Origin: Lingula anatina
Taxonomy: Eukaryota > Animalia > Brachiopoda
DNA length: 64,000 nucleotides
Direction: 5' to 3'
NCBI GenBank assembly: GCA_051362555.1
Contig: CM120644.1
Location: 15,522,534 to 15,586,533, forward strand
Shown: positions 38,592-52,294 of the stretch, piece by piece
How positions within the stretch are numbered: the stretch's first letter is position 1
Layout of the letters: each line of letters opens with the position of its first letter
Notes under the pieces: generated by a model
What the model saw: the letters and a program-made list of their open reading frames with translations, nothing else
Database searches by the model: none
Told to the model about the DNA's origin: nothing
Translations under genes and position numbers: made by a program

Positions 38592-39099
38592 ATGGATTCG
38601 ATGAGCCTACCAGCTGCATTTTTGTTCTGCTTGGAAGTATATCACTTCATAATCCATATGTCAATCATATTTCGCATGCGTTTGTTACCACGCAAAGATA
38701 TTGTGCGACAGCGTTGCTATTTCCTTGTTGAAGCTATGACAGTGTTTACGACAAACGTCTTGTTTATTGGAAAACTTAAGTGGTTAGCAGCGATTCATAA
38801 CATTCTGCATGGGTACTATGTCCTAACCTGGGATTCCTCTTCCCATTGCAAGAAGGTACTTTTGTATTCATTTATTTACTTATTGGAATTTTATAAAGAT
38901 GACTGAAATGAAATTTATAGTTCAGAAATATTTCTTTTAATAGAATTTTTGTTATCCAGAAATGACATGGGTATAAAATGAATTTTCTTCAGTTTAGAAA
39001 CTACATATTTGTTATTGGTTCCTTGCATGAAATGTATTGGCAAAAAAAAAAAATAATAATAATAAATAATAAAAAAAATAATAATAATAATACATAAAA

Positions 39100-39139
<40 letters not shown>

Positions 39140-39663
39140 CACACCAATGGTAACTCAAAATTCAAATTTCCCAAATATGGAAAATGTTATGATGAAATGA
39201 AGTTTTTATCTTTTGTCATGTCATTTGTCTTGACTTATACTACAGTATTTACTGGTAGTGATTGCGTAAAGTAAATATGTTTAGTTTGACCAATTCAAAG
39301 TATAATCATGTGATTTTGACCAAATTTATGTTATCATTTTAGCTGATAAGCTGGAGCTCTCTTGATTGGCAACGCAGTCATCACAAAAAACGCTGGGAAT
39401 TGTTGGCAGTGTTTGGCACCACATATGACGTGCTTGTCCACACCATCAACTGCTACTTACTGGGCCAGTACCTCACCACAGTGGAAGTGATCATATCCCT
39501 GTTTATAACACATTGTCTGGTCTATTTTATTCTGCACAACCCACTCTATGCCTGGAGTAACCCCGTCTCGACACCAGACTGGGTGGAGAAAAGAATTTTC
39601 CCAATCGGAGAAAATTATGAAGGCTGTGTCTTGAGTGGAGGTGATGCTAAGAAGGAGAAGTAA
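38592..39663 (+). CDS. Uncharacterised multi-pass membrane protein, 194 aa, 2 coding exons
   Basis: Exons 38592-38855 (AAG|GT) and 39343-39663 (TTTTAG|CTG) join in phase 0. An acceptor just before the ATG (TTTACAG, 38585) implies an upstream UTR exon. Several hydrophobic segments carry His motifs. Confidence 0.8.
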
Positions 39664-40348
39664 TGAAGGTGATTTTAGGTGATGAGTTTTACCAGGCCAT
39701 CAGCTGTATTTTGCTTCAAATTCTTCAATCCTGGTGATGAAATTTGAGTGCCAAAGTTCTTTTATAGAAAAAAAAAATAATAGTAATAATAATAATAAAA
39801 AAAATAAACTTTGGAATGTATTTTTGTTTAGGTTTCATTTTGTTTTTTTCTGAATGTTGCTGACAAAACAACCACAATTGATCTTCATTAAGGCAAAAGC
39901 TTTATAGAAATCGGTTGTATTTCTTTTTTTCAAAGAAGAAAACTATTTCCAATTAGAATGAAACAAATTCTGTACTATCTCTTTCTAAATGACAGGATAC
40001 AAGTCTTTATTTGAAGAAAAAATGTAGACCCTAAGTTAAAAGCAATATTTGAAAGATCCAGTTGTTTTCTATTTGTCACACATACATGTAAACTGGTGGT
40101 CAAATATGTTTCTTTCTAAGCTACATTATTTTACCCTTTAAAACATTTTATAGATGTCTTCAACTGTATTGATGCATAATAGTTACACAGTTCTTTCATA
40201 AACCCTTTTTTCTCTTAATGTTTACCTGATTGGCATTGTAATGATTATAAATATTCCATGAATTAGGTAACAAGTTATTCATTTGATTCAACATGATGCC
40301 AGTTACGTATACTTAATTTAGGAAGTGGTCAGGTCTGAGAAACAGTAA

Positions 40349-40561
40349 GACTGGGTTCATACAGATTTACATCGATCTATCTTGATGACCTAACTCCCTG
40401 GGGGTTCAAGCTAAATTGCTGTCAGCCGAGCATGTACGAATGTTAATTACCTCCTTACAACTTTTAGTAGGCGGGACAGACATTTAAGCCGGCTAATCTG
40501 ACAGCAATCTAGTGAGACTCCCCACGGGATAGATTGATCTAAAATCTGTGGGAATGCAGTC
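40349..40561 (-). mobile_element. MITE family M1 copy (PIF/Harbinger, Tourist-like)
   Basis: TAA flanks, subterminal AGATTT-AGATCGA inverted repeat and shared internal CTAGTGAGACTCCCC and ACTCCCTGGGGGTTCA. Confidence 0.82.
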
Positions 40562-42567
40562 TAACTGTATTATAAAACCAGACTGTATTTGGTTAAAAAG
40601 ACAGAGATACATCATAAATACAGGCAGAATTATATCATCTATTTAGAAATGTAGTGTTTTGGCTTTAATTACTGTACATGTGTATTTTTTTTTGTCTTTT
40701 AGATTCAGTTTTACCGGGTGGTACCTGGTTGTACTCTTTCTCCCCTGGACACCCTTAAGGTTACAAGAAGGCTGAAAAAAAAAAAAACTTGTTGTATCAG
40801 TATCAGGGGCGGATCCAGAGATATTTTCTGACAGTCTTCCATATTATATTTGTTGATCCATCCTCCATTTTTTGACCGTCTTCCGACAGAAAAATTAGAT
40901 ACCCGTCAATGTAAACTTGAAAATCTGACCTAAATCCGCCCCTGAGTATGTAATATCTTTCGGCAGCACTGTACCTTATGGACAGCACAGGAGGTGGGGG
41001 GGGGGGGGGGGGTGTTTTCAGTTTCTCTATCTTTATGTATGCCATATCAATGCAGACGTGTATGTTGTATGATTTTTTGTATGTACAAAGTTTGAAAACA
41101 GATCTTACGACACAAAAGTTAATTTTTTTTTAGATACAGCACTTAAAATGTGTACTTTGCTATATGTAATAATATATTAAGTCTGTATTACTGTTATCAT
41201 ATGGCTGCTTTTTGGAAAGGATGTCTTGCTTAACTGTGTTTCTGATAAGACATTACTGTAGTGTTTCTTGGATATATAGTCACACAGTTGGGTATTGTGG
41301 CGTAGTATATCTGAATACTATCCCTATAATTAGTCTTTTATATATATGGTGATATGATCAACAAAATGCAAACTCAACTGGCGCTCATTTCGAAATAAAA
41401 TCTTTGCCAAATTGTCAAAATGTCTAGAGCTTTTGTTGTCTGCAAACTTCTTTAAATAAAATCTAGGACAAACAGGTCAAAAACAGCACATGCAGTATGC
41501 TGGTAGACAGATAGATTTTTAGAAAATAGACATTCCATGTGAACGAAGCCTAAGTAAGACCCTGACCCCAAAATTGAATTTCTATCTGAGCTGACTCAGC
41601 CTAGTGGGATTGGATAACCATGCAATTTTCCCACCCTTTAATTTCGTTTTCATAGCAACCAGAAACTACTGTCCTTTTTCAAAAAATGATTCTAGCAGCC
41701 AGAAACTAGTGTAATTTTTCAGATTCGATTCTGACGCTGAGAAACCATTATCGTTTTTGCAGTGGGAGACAAGAGTGGACAGAGGCAGAGGTGACTGGTG
41801 ATTAGCGTCTATGTTCAGAATCTCAAATTGGAGCAAATGGGACATTTAAAATTGTTCTATTGATATTTTCCCATCTAAAAACTTTTGTATATGTTAAAGG
41901 AATAAAATAAATAAATAGACTAAAATGAGAATGATAGCCTAGTCAGAGTTCTGTTTCCTTATCTGAGGTTTTCATAATGAAACATATCAGTGCATGCATG
42001 TTTTTTTTTTTTTTCAATTTGATTTAAATACAGAAACTTGGTCGGTTTTGATGGTTTATGTTTTCACTTTCCAACCATTCAATTCTATTCAAATAACGAG
42101 TTTATTCATTTTATCATTACATTTTTACATTTTGGTAGACCGGTGTAGTAAGTTATGGTCTGACAGACATCTAAGCTGCTTCAGTTGATTGCAATTAAGC
42201 CAGAATCCCCTCGGAGATAGATAGATCAATCCACAGTTAGTACAATAGGGTCTGAGCATGGTCCCATACAATACTTCAGTTTTGTATGCTATTTTAGAGA
42301 CCCCAGATTTCAGAGGGTACAAATGTTACTGCAGACATTCAGGTAATGCAACTAGCACAATACTGCAGCTCCATGGAGGTTTTAAGTCACCCGTTGAAAA
42401 TGCCAATAAGTCACAAATGAAAACAACTCGGAAGTAAAGAAGAATCACGCTGTTCCAGTGTGTCTAGTATGAGCTGAAGTTATAATTTCCCTTCATTTTA
42501 ATAACAACTGGAAAAATCAAAATATACACTTTGAGATTTATAACAGTTCATAGTATAACATTCACAA

Positions 42568-42819
42568 AGACTGGGCTCCCATACTGTGACCTATCTGACA
42601 GGCACCACCCATCTCCAAGGGGTTTCTCCCTATATTGCTTTCAGCTTAAGTGGCTCAGATGACTGGTAGGCCTACTGAAGCTGCTAAACTATAGTTAATT
42701 CCCCCCTAACAGCTTCAGTAGCCAGACATTAGAGCAGCTTAAGCTGAAAGCAATTAGCAAGAATCCCCTCAAAGATAGATCGCTCCACAGTTAATACGAT
42801 AGGGTCTGGGAATGGTCTC
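42568..42819. mobile_element. Palindromic MITE just downstream of the TMEM177 stop codon
   Basis: Internal inverted repeats TTGCTTTCAGCTTAAG/CTTAAGCTGAAAGCAA and CCTACTGAAGCTG/CAGCTTCAGTAG. Related fragments at about 42195-42270 and 46005-46180. Confidence 0.6.
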
Positions 42820-42834
42820 TAAATACTGTACAGT

Positions 42835-45800
42835 TCAAAGCTGTCTCGCTCTCTTTAATCTTGGGGCATCGTAGTCTTTGTCAGGATACTCAGTCGGTTG
42901 AACAACCCCAGCTCGCAGATCATCCAGGATTTTCCTGACACTGTCTCGTTGTAATGTAATTGGTAAAAACGGATTCCTGTACCATGGGTAGTTAACATTC
43001 CCCTCCTTGTTGTAATAATCGGCCGCGTCCATCATTTCTCTCGTGATCTTATTCAAATTTAATATACTCTCGAAGAGTTCCACACCTCCCTCGGCGTACT
43101 CCGTCCCCAACATGGCTGCCTTTTTATTCGTCCAGCCCTGCAGCCAACAGTTGTAGTTATCAGTGATTACGGTGTACATAATGCCACCTACCAGTGCAGC
43201 CAAAGAGAGAAAAAATACATGCCCAGTCCAACCAACCAATCTGGCTCTGTAGAAGTTGTGCCTGTAAATGGAGTACGTCATCAATCCAGAAGCACCCACA
43301 GCTACAGCGTTGACCAAGGGAGCATATGTACTGACGTTGAAGATTTCCCGTGCAATCAGAAACATCTTTGCCTTTTCCGAAAGGACAAGAGAGTTGGCCA
43401 TCTCCAGGGAGAGAGGGTCTTCCCAATCTATCTGATAAATGTCGTGGGATGTTTTGCCTCGGAGTACCAGTGTTTCGCTCTTCACTACGTCATCGACACT
43501 CTTATACGCCATAAAGAATGGCAGACCTGGTGAAAGAAGAAAATTAATTTTTAAAATAAAAATAGTTTCAAGATTCATGTCAATTTTGTCTTCTTTCAGT
43601 GGACTGAGGGTATGCCATGTGCATACCAAAATGTTTCTGGGTCATATTTTTATGTCTAAACATCCTGCTAATTTTATTTTCTTTGCAATCCATGACTCCT
43701 TCAGAATTTATATAAATAAAAAAAAAAAAAAAAAAAAAAAAAAATGGTCCAAAACATCATATGTAAGTTCAGGGATGAGTCCAGCAATAATTTGCATGCT
43801 GGAGTATTTTTTCCCTACATAAATAAGGTTGGCTTGAACATCAGATATAAAATATCTTTTGCTAAAAGAAAATAGGACAAATAGTACACAAATAAAGCCA
43901 TATCGACCCTTTAAGACTGAAGACTCAGGCGTAACAGATTTTTCATTCCCTTGTGTATAAATGGCTAAAAAGAACTAGTAAATCATATCTATAGAAACTA
44001 AACTATGAGGCATAACGCTGAGACCTTCATATCTTGTTCAGTACACCAAAATAAACCCAGACTTGTAAATTGATTTTAACATAGTCGCTTGTGCACTTGA
44101 CTATAGCTTTTTTCATGGCCTTATATGTGATCATATAATGCAAGGGTACATGTGCAATTTGAGTAATTAAGACCCCATTTCCATAGATTTTAGATCGATC
44201 TATCCCTGTGGGGAGTCTCACTAGATTACTGTCAGCTTAGCCGGCTGAAGCGTCTGTCCCACCTACTAAAAGCTTTAAGGGGATAATTAACTGTCGTGCG
44301 CGCTCGGCTGACTGCAATTTAGTGTGAACCCCCAGGGAGTTAGGTCGATCTAAATCTTAATCTCTGGATCGATCTAAATCTCTGGGAATACACCCTAAGA
44401 TTTGCACTGCACAATAATGCCATATTGAATCCACCCTAGATAAGATAAGTATAGAAGTCTTTAGAATTAATATCTGGGGATCACATAAAGAGAGACCGCT
44501 TGGGTGAGCTAAGAAGAATGATGCGAGTTATGGGAGAGGGTCCAGAGGCTGGAGACCTCATGTAGAACATGAAGTAACTGAGTGTCAACAAATAAACTGG
44601 TCATTATGTGTCACTGGGTTTTCTTTGACTTAATAACCCCATTCACACTGCCATCCAAAAATTCTGTTTTTTTTTTTTTTTTTTTTTTTTAATTCAAATT
44701 TCTGGTAAAAAAATCTGATTCACTTGCTTGTTCATATAGGCGTAGCGAAACAAAATGTCCAGGTTTAACTTCTTGTAATGAACACTCACATATGCTCCAC
44801 ACTGCACAACTCAAAATACCAAAAAAAAAAAAAAATAAATAAATAAAATAAATAAAATAAAATAAATAAAAAAATAAAATATGGGGACTTAACATCTCTA
44901 TTCGTACACAGCTTTTGCCTTCTGTTTTTATTTATAACGGCAAGTGCACCTCAAAAGACATTCCAGCATTCTTGGAACTTTTCAGATGGCAGAATACGTT
45001 TCCCCATGTGGTAGTGAGTGTTGATCTCCAAATACGTTTGGTGCAATTACTCAAGTAATAAACAAGTTTTCATAGATACCCACACTTTTCTACACACATG
45101 CGCAGTAAGATCTATACAGTTGTCGGTTCTGGTAAGTTATTTGAGTCCCTGAAGAAAATCCAGCTCACTAGCAGGATTATGAGAAACGGGTTGACAAAAA
45201 TCCTTATACCTTCAGACTACTGCAATAATCAAATTGTGACCTAATTCGCCATTTATTTCGATAAATGGCGATATTGTGAACAGGGTATCTGTAAATCTGA
45301 CTCAAACCATTGGAATATTGCATTGGGTTTTGTGCAGTAAAAGATATCATAACAATCTGTGAGTCAGTAGGCCCATGAACAAAGGGTTAAAATATCATTA
45401 AGCATGAAGTTTTGATCTGGCCTGTCAATCAAGCAATCAAAAAAACTAAAATGTCACGTCTCATAGTTTTAAAGAAAAACTCCTCAGAATTTTTTTTTAT
45501 CAAGAGTAAAACAGTGTACAAACCTATGTAAGCACCACCACGACACCCGAGAGCGCCCATACACACTGGTCCCTTTGTGTCACTGTAGAAGAATTCCAAC
45601 CCAGCTTCTTCATAGGGAACAAGATTCCTCCTTCTTAATACCTGGATGTTATTAAAAAAATGCACTATTAGCGGAACTGTGAACTCAGTGCATTTACTAA
45701 GATCTATACTGACAATTTTGAATCTAATGCCTGATCTTACTTTGAAATGGATCTTACTTATCACAAAACCTACAATTGAACTGATTTTGAGTTGTCAACA

Positions 45801-46404
45801 CTGTCGCTTCGATATCAATGAATTTACCTTCAAGTTCGGTAAAACAACACAGTGAGAAATCAAATTTCCCATCAAGTAGAATTCTGAACTCTATAAATAA
45901 ACACTCATTCTGCGTCGTTCCAGTTCAAACTTCTGTCACTTTCGTGCATTTTCTTAAAGCTACTTTTTCCCATTTTTGCAGCATTTCTGAACACATGACC
46001 CTTAGAGACCATTCCCATATCCCTACTGTACTAACAAGATAGATCTATCTCCGAGGGGATTCTTGCTAAATTGCATTCAGCATAAACAGCGTAAATGTCT
46101 GGCACGCGAGCCGAACATAATAAAGCAAGAAACCCCTCAATGCTGGATCGATCCTGCTAGTAAATCTAGGTATGGGATTGGGTTTTCAGCCTACCTGACT
46201 GATCAGAGCTTCAGTGGCTTCATCAATACCGACTGGTTTCCCACGAGAGTCCTTCTTCTCATAGTTGCTCCTCATTCTGTCCAAACCATATACGTGCTTC
46301 AAGCCCTGGTAGAGAGATGCTGCAGTTATGAATGATGGAACAACCATATTGACGAATTCCTCACTGAATTTCAATCCCTTCAGACGCTGCCAGATTCTTG
46401 ACAT
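42835..46404 (-). CDS. TMEM177: Transmembrane protein 177 (mitochondrial inner-membrane protein), 339 aa, 3 coding exons
   Basis: Exons 46404-46195, 45641-45524 and 43526-42835 sum to 1020 nt in frame. IDWEDP...SLVLSEKAKMFLIAREI, YAEGGVELFESIL.LN and YNKEGN...LPIT.QRDSV match remembered TMEM177 motifs (LSREAQKFALAREV, YACGGVEFYEKLL, LPYTTRRDSV). Confidence 0.88.
44171..44395 (+). mobile_element. MITE family M1 copy
   Basis: TAA TSD at 44168-44170 and 44396-44398. Imperfect TIR ATTTCCATAGATTTTAGATCGA / TCGATCTAAATCTCTGGGAAT. Confidence 0.88.
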
Positions 46405-46721
46405 GGTGCACAGTCTAGTGGATTTCTGAAATGGAGAGATATTGTTAACGATATGACAGTTGCGATGGATACTGCAAGTGAAAATATGTCATACAGCCTG
46501 ATACAGGATAGAGCAAAAGAAGCATAGACAATATCATAGCTCGTACATACATTCACCATGAAACTTGGGGTTCTCAATTTTCATTTTTACTTTGATAACC
46601 TCTCATCTTAAGTCTCAAACACTCTTGTAAAGCCAACAGTTTTCTTGTCAAAAGAGCCAAGAGTAAGGAGAGATTCATTTGTTTTGTGTGGTGGGTGCGC
46701 AAACTGGTTTGGGCCGAGTAA

Positions 46722-46936
46722 GGCTCTATTCCCATAGATTTTAGATCGATCTATCCCCGCGGGGAGTCTCACTAGATTACTTTCAGATAATCTGACTTAA
46801 ATGTCCGAACCGCCTACTACAATCTGTAAGGAGGTAATCAACTTTCGTGTCTGCCCGGCTGACAGCTATTTAGCATGAACCCCCAGGGAGTTAGGTCGAT
46901 CTAAAGTAGGTCGATCTAATCTATGGAAATGGGGTG
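46722..46936 (+). mobile_element. MITE family M1 copy nested in a GGCC-type MITE
   Basis: TAA TSD at 46719-46721 and 46937-46939. Removing it rejoins GGGCCGAGTAA to GTCTAAAGCATCGCGTATTGC, which resembles the 23187 element. Confidence 0.88.
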
Positions 46937-47599
46937 TAAGTCTAAAGCATCGCGTATTGCACATAGCGATATCACATATAGGCTACAATGTAGTATATTG
47001 GGCGAGTATAGGCGAGTTATGGAATCAAGATGCTTGCGCTCGTTTGCAGTATAGGATGTTTTCGAGTTATGGGGCCGATTTTTAATTTTTTTTTTTTGCC
47101 AGATCTAGTATGTGTATGTGTGTCTGTGTGTGTGTGTGTGTGCACGCTTGTGTACATACCAAAAATTGTAAGTCCTCCATTAGTAATACATGGATTTCAT
47201 GCTAAGTAGTTGTGGTTGAGAGCCCCACCCTCCCATTATCTTTTTATAAACACAAGCCAGCGAAATACTACACATGACGCATGAGCCTAGGTTTTAAAAA
47301 ACCGTGAACATTTATCATTTTATTGCAGATTTTGGCGAATCTCAGAAACCTTCAGAACTGAATTAAAAAACGCGAGATTAAGCGTTTCCAAGGAAAAAAG
47401 TTCATGTCTAATACATAAAGTTTCTGCAGACAGCTGTACCAGTTTGCCCTTCAAAACCCAGTTAGGTAATTTATTTCATAACTTTTTATTCCCTGATATC
47501 ACATTGAATGTGTGAAAAATTGCAGGCTCTGAAATATGTAGCATTAAAAAGCGGTACCTTGGAAAGTAAACGTTATCTTTTTTCAACTGACACAACTCT

Positions 47600-47800
47600 T
47601 GAATCCCACTTCCTCTCTTAAATATGGAAATTTCAAACCGACTTGGCGCTATTCCTGCTCTCCACACAATTAAAAGGGCGCAGACATTTTGTTTTTCAGA
47701 ACGAGATTCTGACGTGACGTCATGCGATCAACAAGTGCGCAGGTGCAGAGTAAGAGAATTTTTACCGTTCACACACAACACACGATGGAGCGGGGGTCTT
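47600..47800. promoter_or_regulatory. Putative bidirectional promoter between TMEM177 and the FERM gene
   Basis: Divergent genes with ATGs 1.5 kb apart, CpG-containing sequence, a full CRE TGACGTCA at 47715-47722 with an overlapping half-site, an NRF1-like GTGCGCAGGTGCA at about 47736-47748 and a candidate minus-strand donor AAG|GTACC at about 47557. Confidence 0.55.
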
Positions 47801-47911
47801 AAGATTTTAACATTAAAACTACGACTTTTAATTTATATCAATTACCTAGCATGCTTGGGGATTTACATTGGATTATTTTAGCGAGCTGACCAAGGGAAAT
47901 CGCGAACCAAA

Positions 47912-48052
47912 ATGTCTAGACTTATACGGTTTTTGAGCCGAAGACGAACGGGTCGCGGGATTCAGAAAGTTGGGGATGGAAAGCCAAGAAAGGGATGCAT
48001 CAATTGCAAAATAATCCTACTGGATGGAACGGATATCAGCATAGACATAGAC
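47912..48052 (+). CDS. EPB41L5: First coding exon of a band 4.1-like FERM protein (yurt / EPB41L5-EPB41L4B group)
   Basis: MSRLIRFLSRRR...CKIILLDGTDISIDID followed by GTAAGT in phase 0. Resembles remembered EPB41L5 CRVSLLDGTDVSVDLP and the yurt N-terminus MLRFLSRR. No second exon recognised up to 64000. Confidence 0.82.
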
Positions 48053-50130
48053 GTAAGTAGACATCTGACCTCTTGTATATTATATTTCCGATCCCGCCAC
48101 GACAGAATCGTTCGAAATCTCGACTTCAAAATAGGGTTATATGCATGACCTAGTTTGGCCCTCGTCAATTTCATTGCTCCTCTCAACTCGATCATTCCAA
48201 GACGGCAAATGCAGATTCAGCTGCGCAACTGGTGGTGGTTTATGGATTCTATGTACGAAAGAGACGGGGACAATTTTTTCTCCATTATGCCACAAATTCC
48301 CTTTAATTCCAGAAGTGTGTTTGCTAGTAGGAGGAATCAACGGCGTCGCCGTGCACCCCACCCCCATAAATTTAACTGTGTCCGCCTCCGACTGTCGGAA
48401 CAAATCCCCACGTTATTGCTCTAGATATATTGAGATGAATGATTTTGTTTATCAGATTTGTCTCTTTGATTGCTGCTGACAGTTTGCTTTACCAATTACC
48501 TTATTGCAGCCAGTTAACATATTAATTTGTTAGTGTTGATGGTTGCAGTGAAGGTTAAATTTGGGATTAATTGATTAAGATTGGGGGGGGGGGGGGGGGG
48601 GGGAGGAAGAAGGGATCCCCATATCTTTATTACTGCTCCCATTATACCATGCCTTGCTGTTACCCTTATTAATTAATGAATCTTATGCCATGTTAAAGGA
48701 CATCTTAAGCCATGTTAAAGGACATACAGCAGTCTAAACTGGAAGTATATATATATATATCAGTGCTATCACAGCTGGTTTAGTATTAAAAACAATATAT
48801 ATATGACAATTTTGTGAAAGGTGGCAGGCTAGCATGGCCATGGGTAGTCAAACCAAAAGCAAACTATTAACCACCACACAAATTGCATCTGTGTAATCCA
48901 ATAAAAATGACATATATGCAGCATGTCAATTTTATGGACAGCAAATAAATTTTAAATGGCAATCCATCAGAACATTTGTTTCTGCCTCGAAAACTCATGC
49001 TTAAGACAGCTGTTTTACTGGATAAGTGATACGTGTCATATCTATCCATACAAAACCATATATTATTGAGATACAGCTGGGACATTGGACAAGATATCCT
49101 GTCACATACATGATGTGTAATTCTTATGATTGATCCATGATGCTGGTCTGTTTTATAGTACAAGTGCGTTTATAATGCAAGAACCATATTTGTCAAATTA
49201 TAGTACTGCTTGTTTTAAATGCCAAGCTGTCTTTGTCATTGTGATTGAAATGAGCATTCGAAGCTGAACTGATTTAAGTTTGAGAGTAAAGGGTAGTTTG
49301 CTTATTAGCATGTGCATTATTATGCTTAATGTCTATTGAAATATAGTTGTTTATTATTTGCATAGTGTTATTAATGGTTGTTTAATTTCATTACATCAGC
49401 ACTACAGGTGGTATGTATTGTTGAGTTAAAGTAAACTATGGAGAGAGAGAGAGAGGGACAGAGAGAGAGAGAGAGAGAGTTGACAAGATGCACCAGCTTT
49501 ATCTCTCCTCTATCAGCTACAACTGTGAAGAAGGAGATACAGCTTCATTCAGATAGAACACAGTTGTTGTGCTTATAAATTACAGTATATTATTTATTAG
49601 CATTATTGCATCTTTGCCTAGTACTGTAATACTGCAACATTCTTCAACAGGTATCTAATTTAAATTATGATTCCCCTCCCTCCCCCCTCCCCCCATTCCA
49701 AACACACCCTTCCTGGCCAATTGGCTAATATTTCTATCAAAGGCTCACTTTTAAATTTGCACTGTATCCCAATTTTGAAATTGTGCCCCTTTTCATACAT
49801 GTATCCTGATACATGGGTTATATGATGAAATAAAATTAGTGATTAATTCAGTTGTTTGTAATACAGAAGGTGATATTATGACTGGGATGGTCTGGTCCCA
49901 TTCAATTACCTAAGTGCAGTAGAGTTAATGGTATTCAGACTTAGTTAATGGATGGACCAGAAGGTAATTGTTCAACTGGGATGGTGGGATTCACATTGGT
50001 AGTTGAGGGGTCCTTGTCTCGGGCAATATTGGTGAATGGATGAAGAAATATAGAATGAAAGACAGACCTAAATAAGTGTTTTGGATGAATACATGTGTAC
50101 AGAGTTTAATTTTTCACTTGTTTTACCTGT

Positions 50131-50169
<39 letters not shown>

Positions 50170-51371
50170 ATCACAGATAGATATGCTCTCATGCACACAT
50201 TTTCACCAATGCACTTTTATGATCAGCATATCTGCTTATTATTATTCTATGCCAATACAAATATGCGAAATATTAAAGCAAAAACAGCAGCACATGATAT
50301 TTCAGTAGAAAAAGAAGTGATAATGTCTGTCTCCATGTTTTTAATCAAGGAGGGAGACTCTGTATGGGAGATTTAAAGTCAGGCAAACCAGTTATTTCCT
50401 GATTATAGCATTATGATTCATGTGTAATGAGCAGCATTACAAAATAAATGCTACTAGGCTTGACTTGTGTTTATTTGAATAGCAATGAGTCAATTTTGAT
50501 TCTAAATAAAGAAGTGATATAGGACTTATCGATGACATGTCTTGTTGCTGAGAGGGTTGCTCTGGGGGGGGGGGGGGGGGCATTCAGTTTTGTTGGAACA
50601 AAAATGATTTTGAGACTTGTGACTGAGGGAAAATGGTTTGTAAGGCCTGTCCTGGGATAAAATTTATTAAAATTTATTTTGGCACATAACTGAAAATCAG
50701 AAAAGAATGATTAAGCAGAAGTCCTTAGTGAGGGGTTACTATTTATTAAAAAGCAGAAAAACATTTTAAAAATTGCAATATTATGTAAATTTGTTATGGT
50801 GATCTTAAAATGTTGAGCGCAGGTGAACGCATAAGAATGGTATGTAGAATAGTAAACTTTTGGTTTATTTTCCCTTTGGGTGAAGTCTGCTGTGTTCATT
50901 TTAATAGATCATGATGACATCTGGAGCAATTAAAAGATATATATACTTTTTATCAGTTGTCATGTCTGAATGAATCAACAAAGGAAATGAATATATATAA
51001 AAGGCAAGACTTGAGCATATTATAGTTTAAATAAACTGCCATAAAATGACACAGAAGTCCAGTGTTAACTCACCTATTGATTGGCAATCAATAAATTTTT
51101 TTTTATCATGGAGAGGTTGAATAATGCCATAAAATGTTGCTACTGAAAAGGTAATCTATGGTATCAGTTAACAATAAAACCAGGATATAGCTGCATGGCT
51201 GGAATGATGATGAGGCAGTGATATGTGGGCTTGCAAAAATGAGAAATGAAACCTCATAATGAGGTGTGTTGCTTTTTATCTTGTTTTATGGTTAAGATGT
51301 CTCATATTGGCCAGTATTTCATTTCTTCTCTCTCCATCTCTTCCCTCTGTCTCCATTCTTGATCTGCTACT

Positions 51372-51480
<109 letters not shown>

Positions 51481-52122
51481 TCTATGATCACTGATATATA
51501 TGCACAGGTTTACTCGCCTTGGTAGAATGTGTTTCGCACTCACAGCTCAATATTATAACCACCCACTGCAAAATGTATTCTCAAACTACATGGCTGCATT
51601 TCCAGTGGTTTTGTGTCAGCTTAACTTGTACACATACCACCCAATTAGGACATGATAGTTTTTGGCAGAACAATCCAGTGGCAAAACCTAAACTGTGCCA
51701 GCGTGTGAAACATCAGCAGATTTAATATTAGTACTCTTTTCATGGAAAGTAACTTTATTATGAAACAGCACGTCGTCAGTTAAGCCGTCTCAACTCGAAT
51801 GGGATTGCACCTTATGATAATACAGCCCGTGTGTGTTTGCACTGCCCATGTGAACACTCTATCCTGCTAATTAGATGGAACCCTGTACCTGGCTCAATGC
51901 CTCTGGGATGCTCTGCATTCCTGACATACTGTCAATCAATACCTTACCAAGGCCCAGGCTTATCCTCATTCAGTTAATATTATAGATCATAATATTTTCT
52001 TCAAAACAGAAGGTGAAATTGGAGGTATTTGCTTTTGTGTATTTTGATGTCTTTTGCAAATTAAACTTCACTTTTTCGGTGACTGTAAATATCTGCTAGT
52101 AAACAGTAATAGCCTAGACATC

Positions 52123-52294
52123 CTGGGGTAGTGCTAGCAATTTTTTTCGCTTAGCCAAATCATCACTTTTTTGTCAATTTGTTATCCAAATGGTGTTAAT
52201 TTGACTAAATGAGTGAAATCAAGCCCTTTATGTTTAGCCAATTTAAGTCAGTTTTAGCATTTGGCTAAATTGGCGAGTGTTAGCGCTACCCGAG
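52123..52294. mobile_element. Small TIR element with 5-bp TSD
   Basis: CTGGGGTAGTGCTA ... TAGCGCTACCCGAG flanked by ACATC on both sides. A second, inverted copy lies at 62992-63114. Confidence 0.7.
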
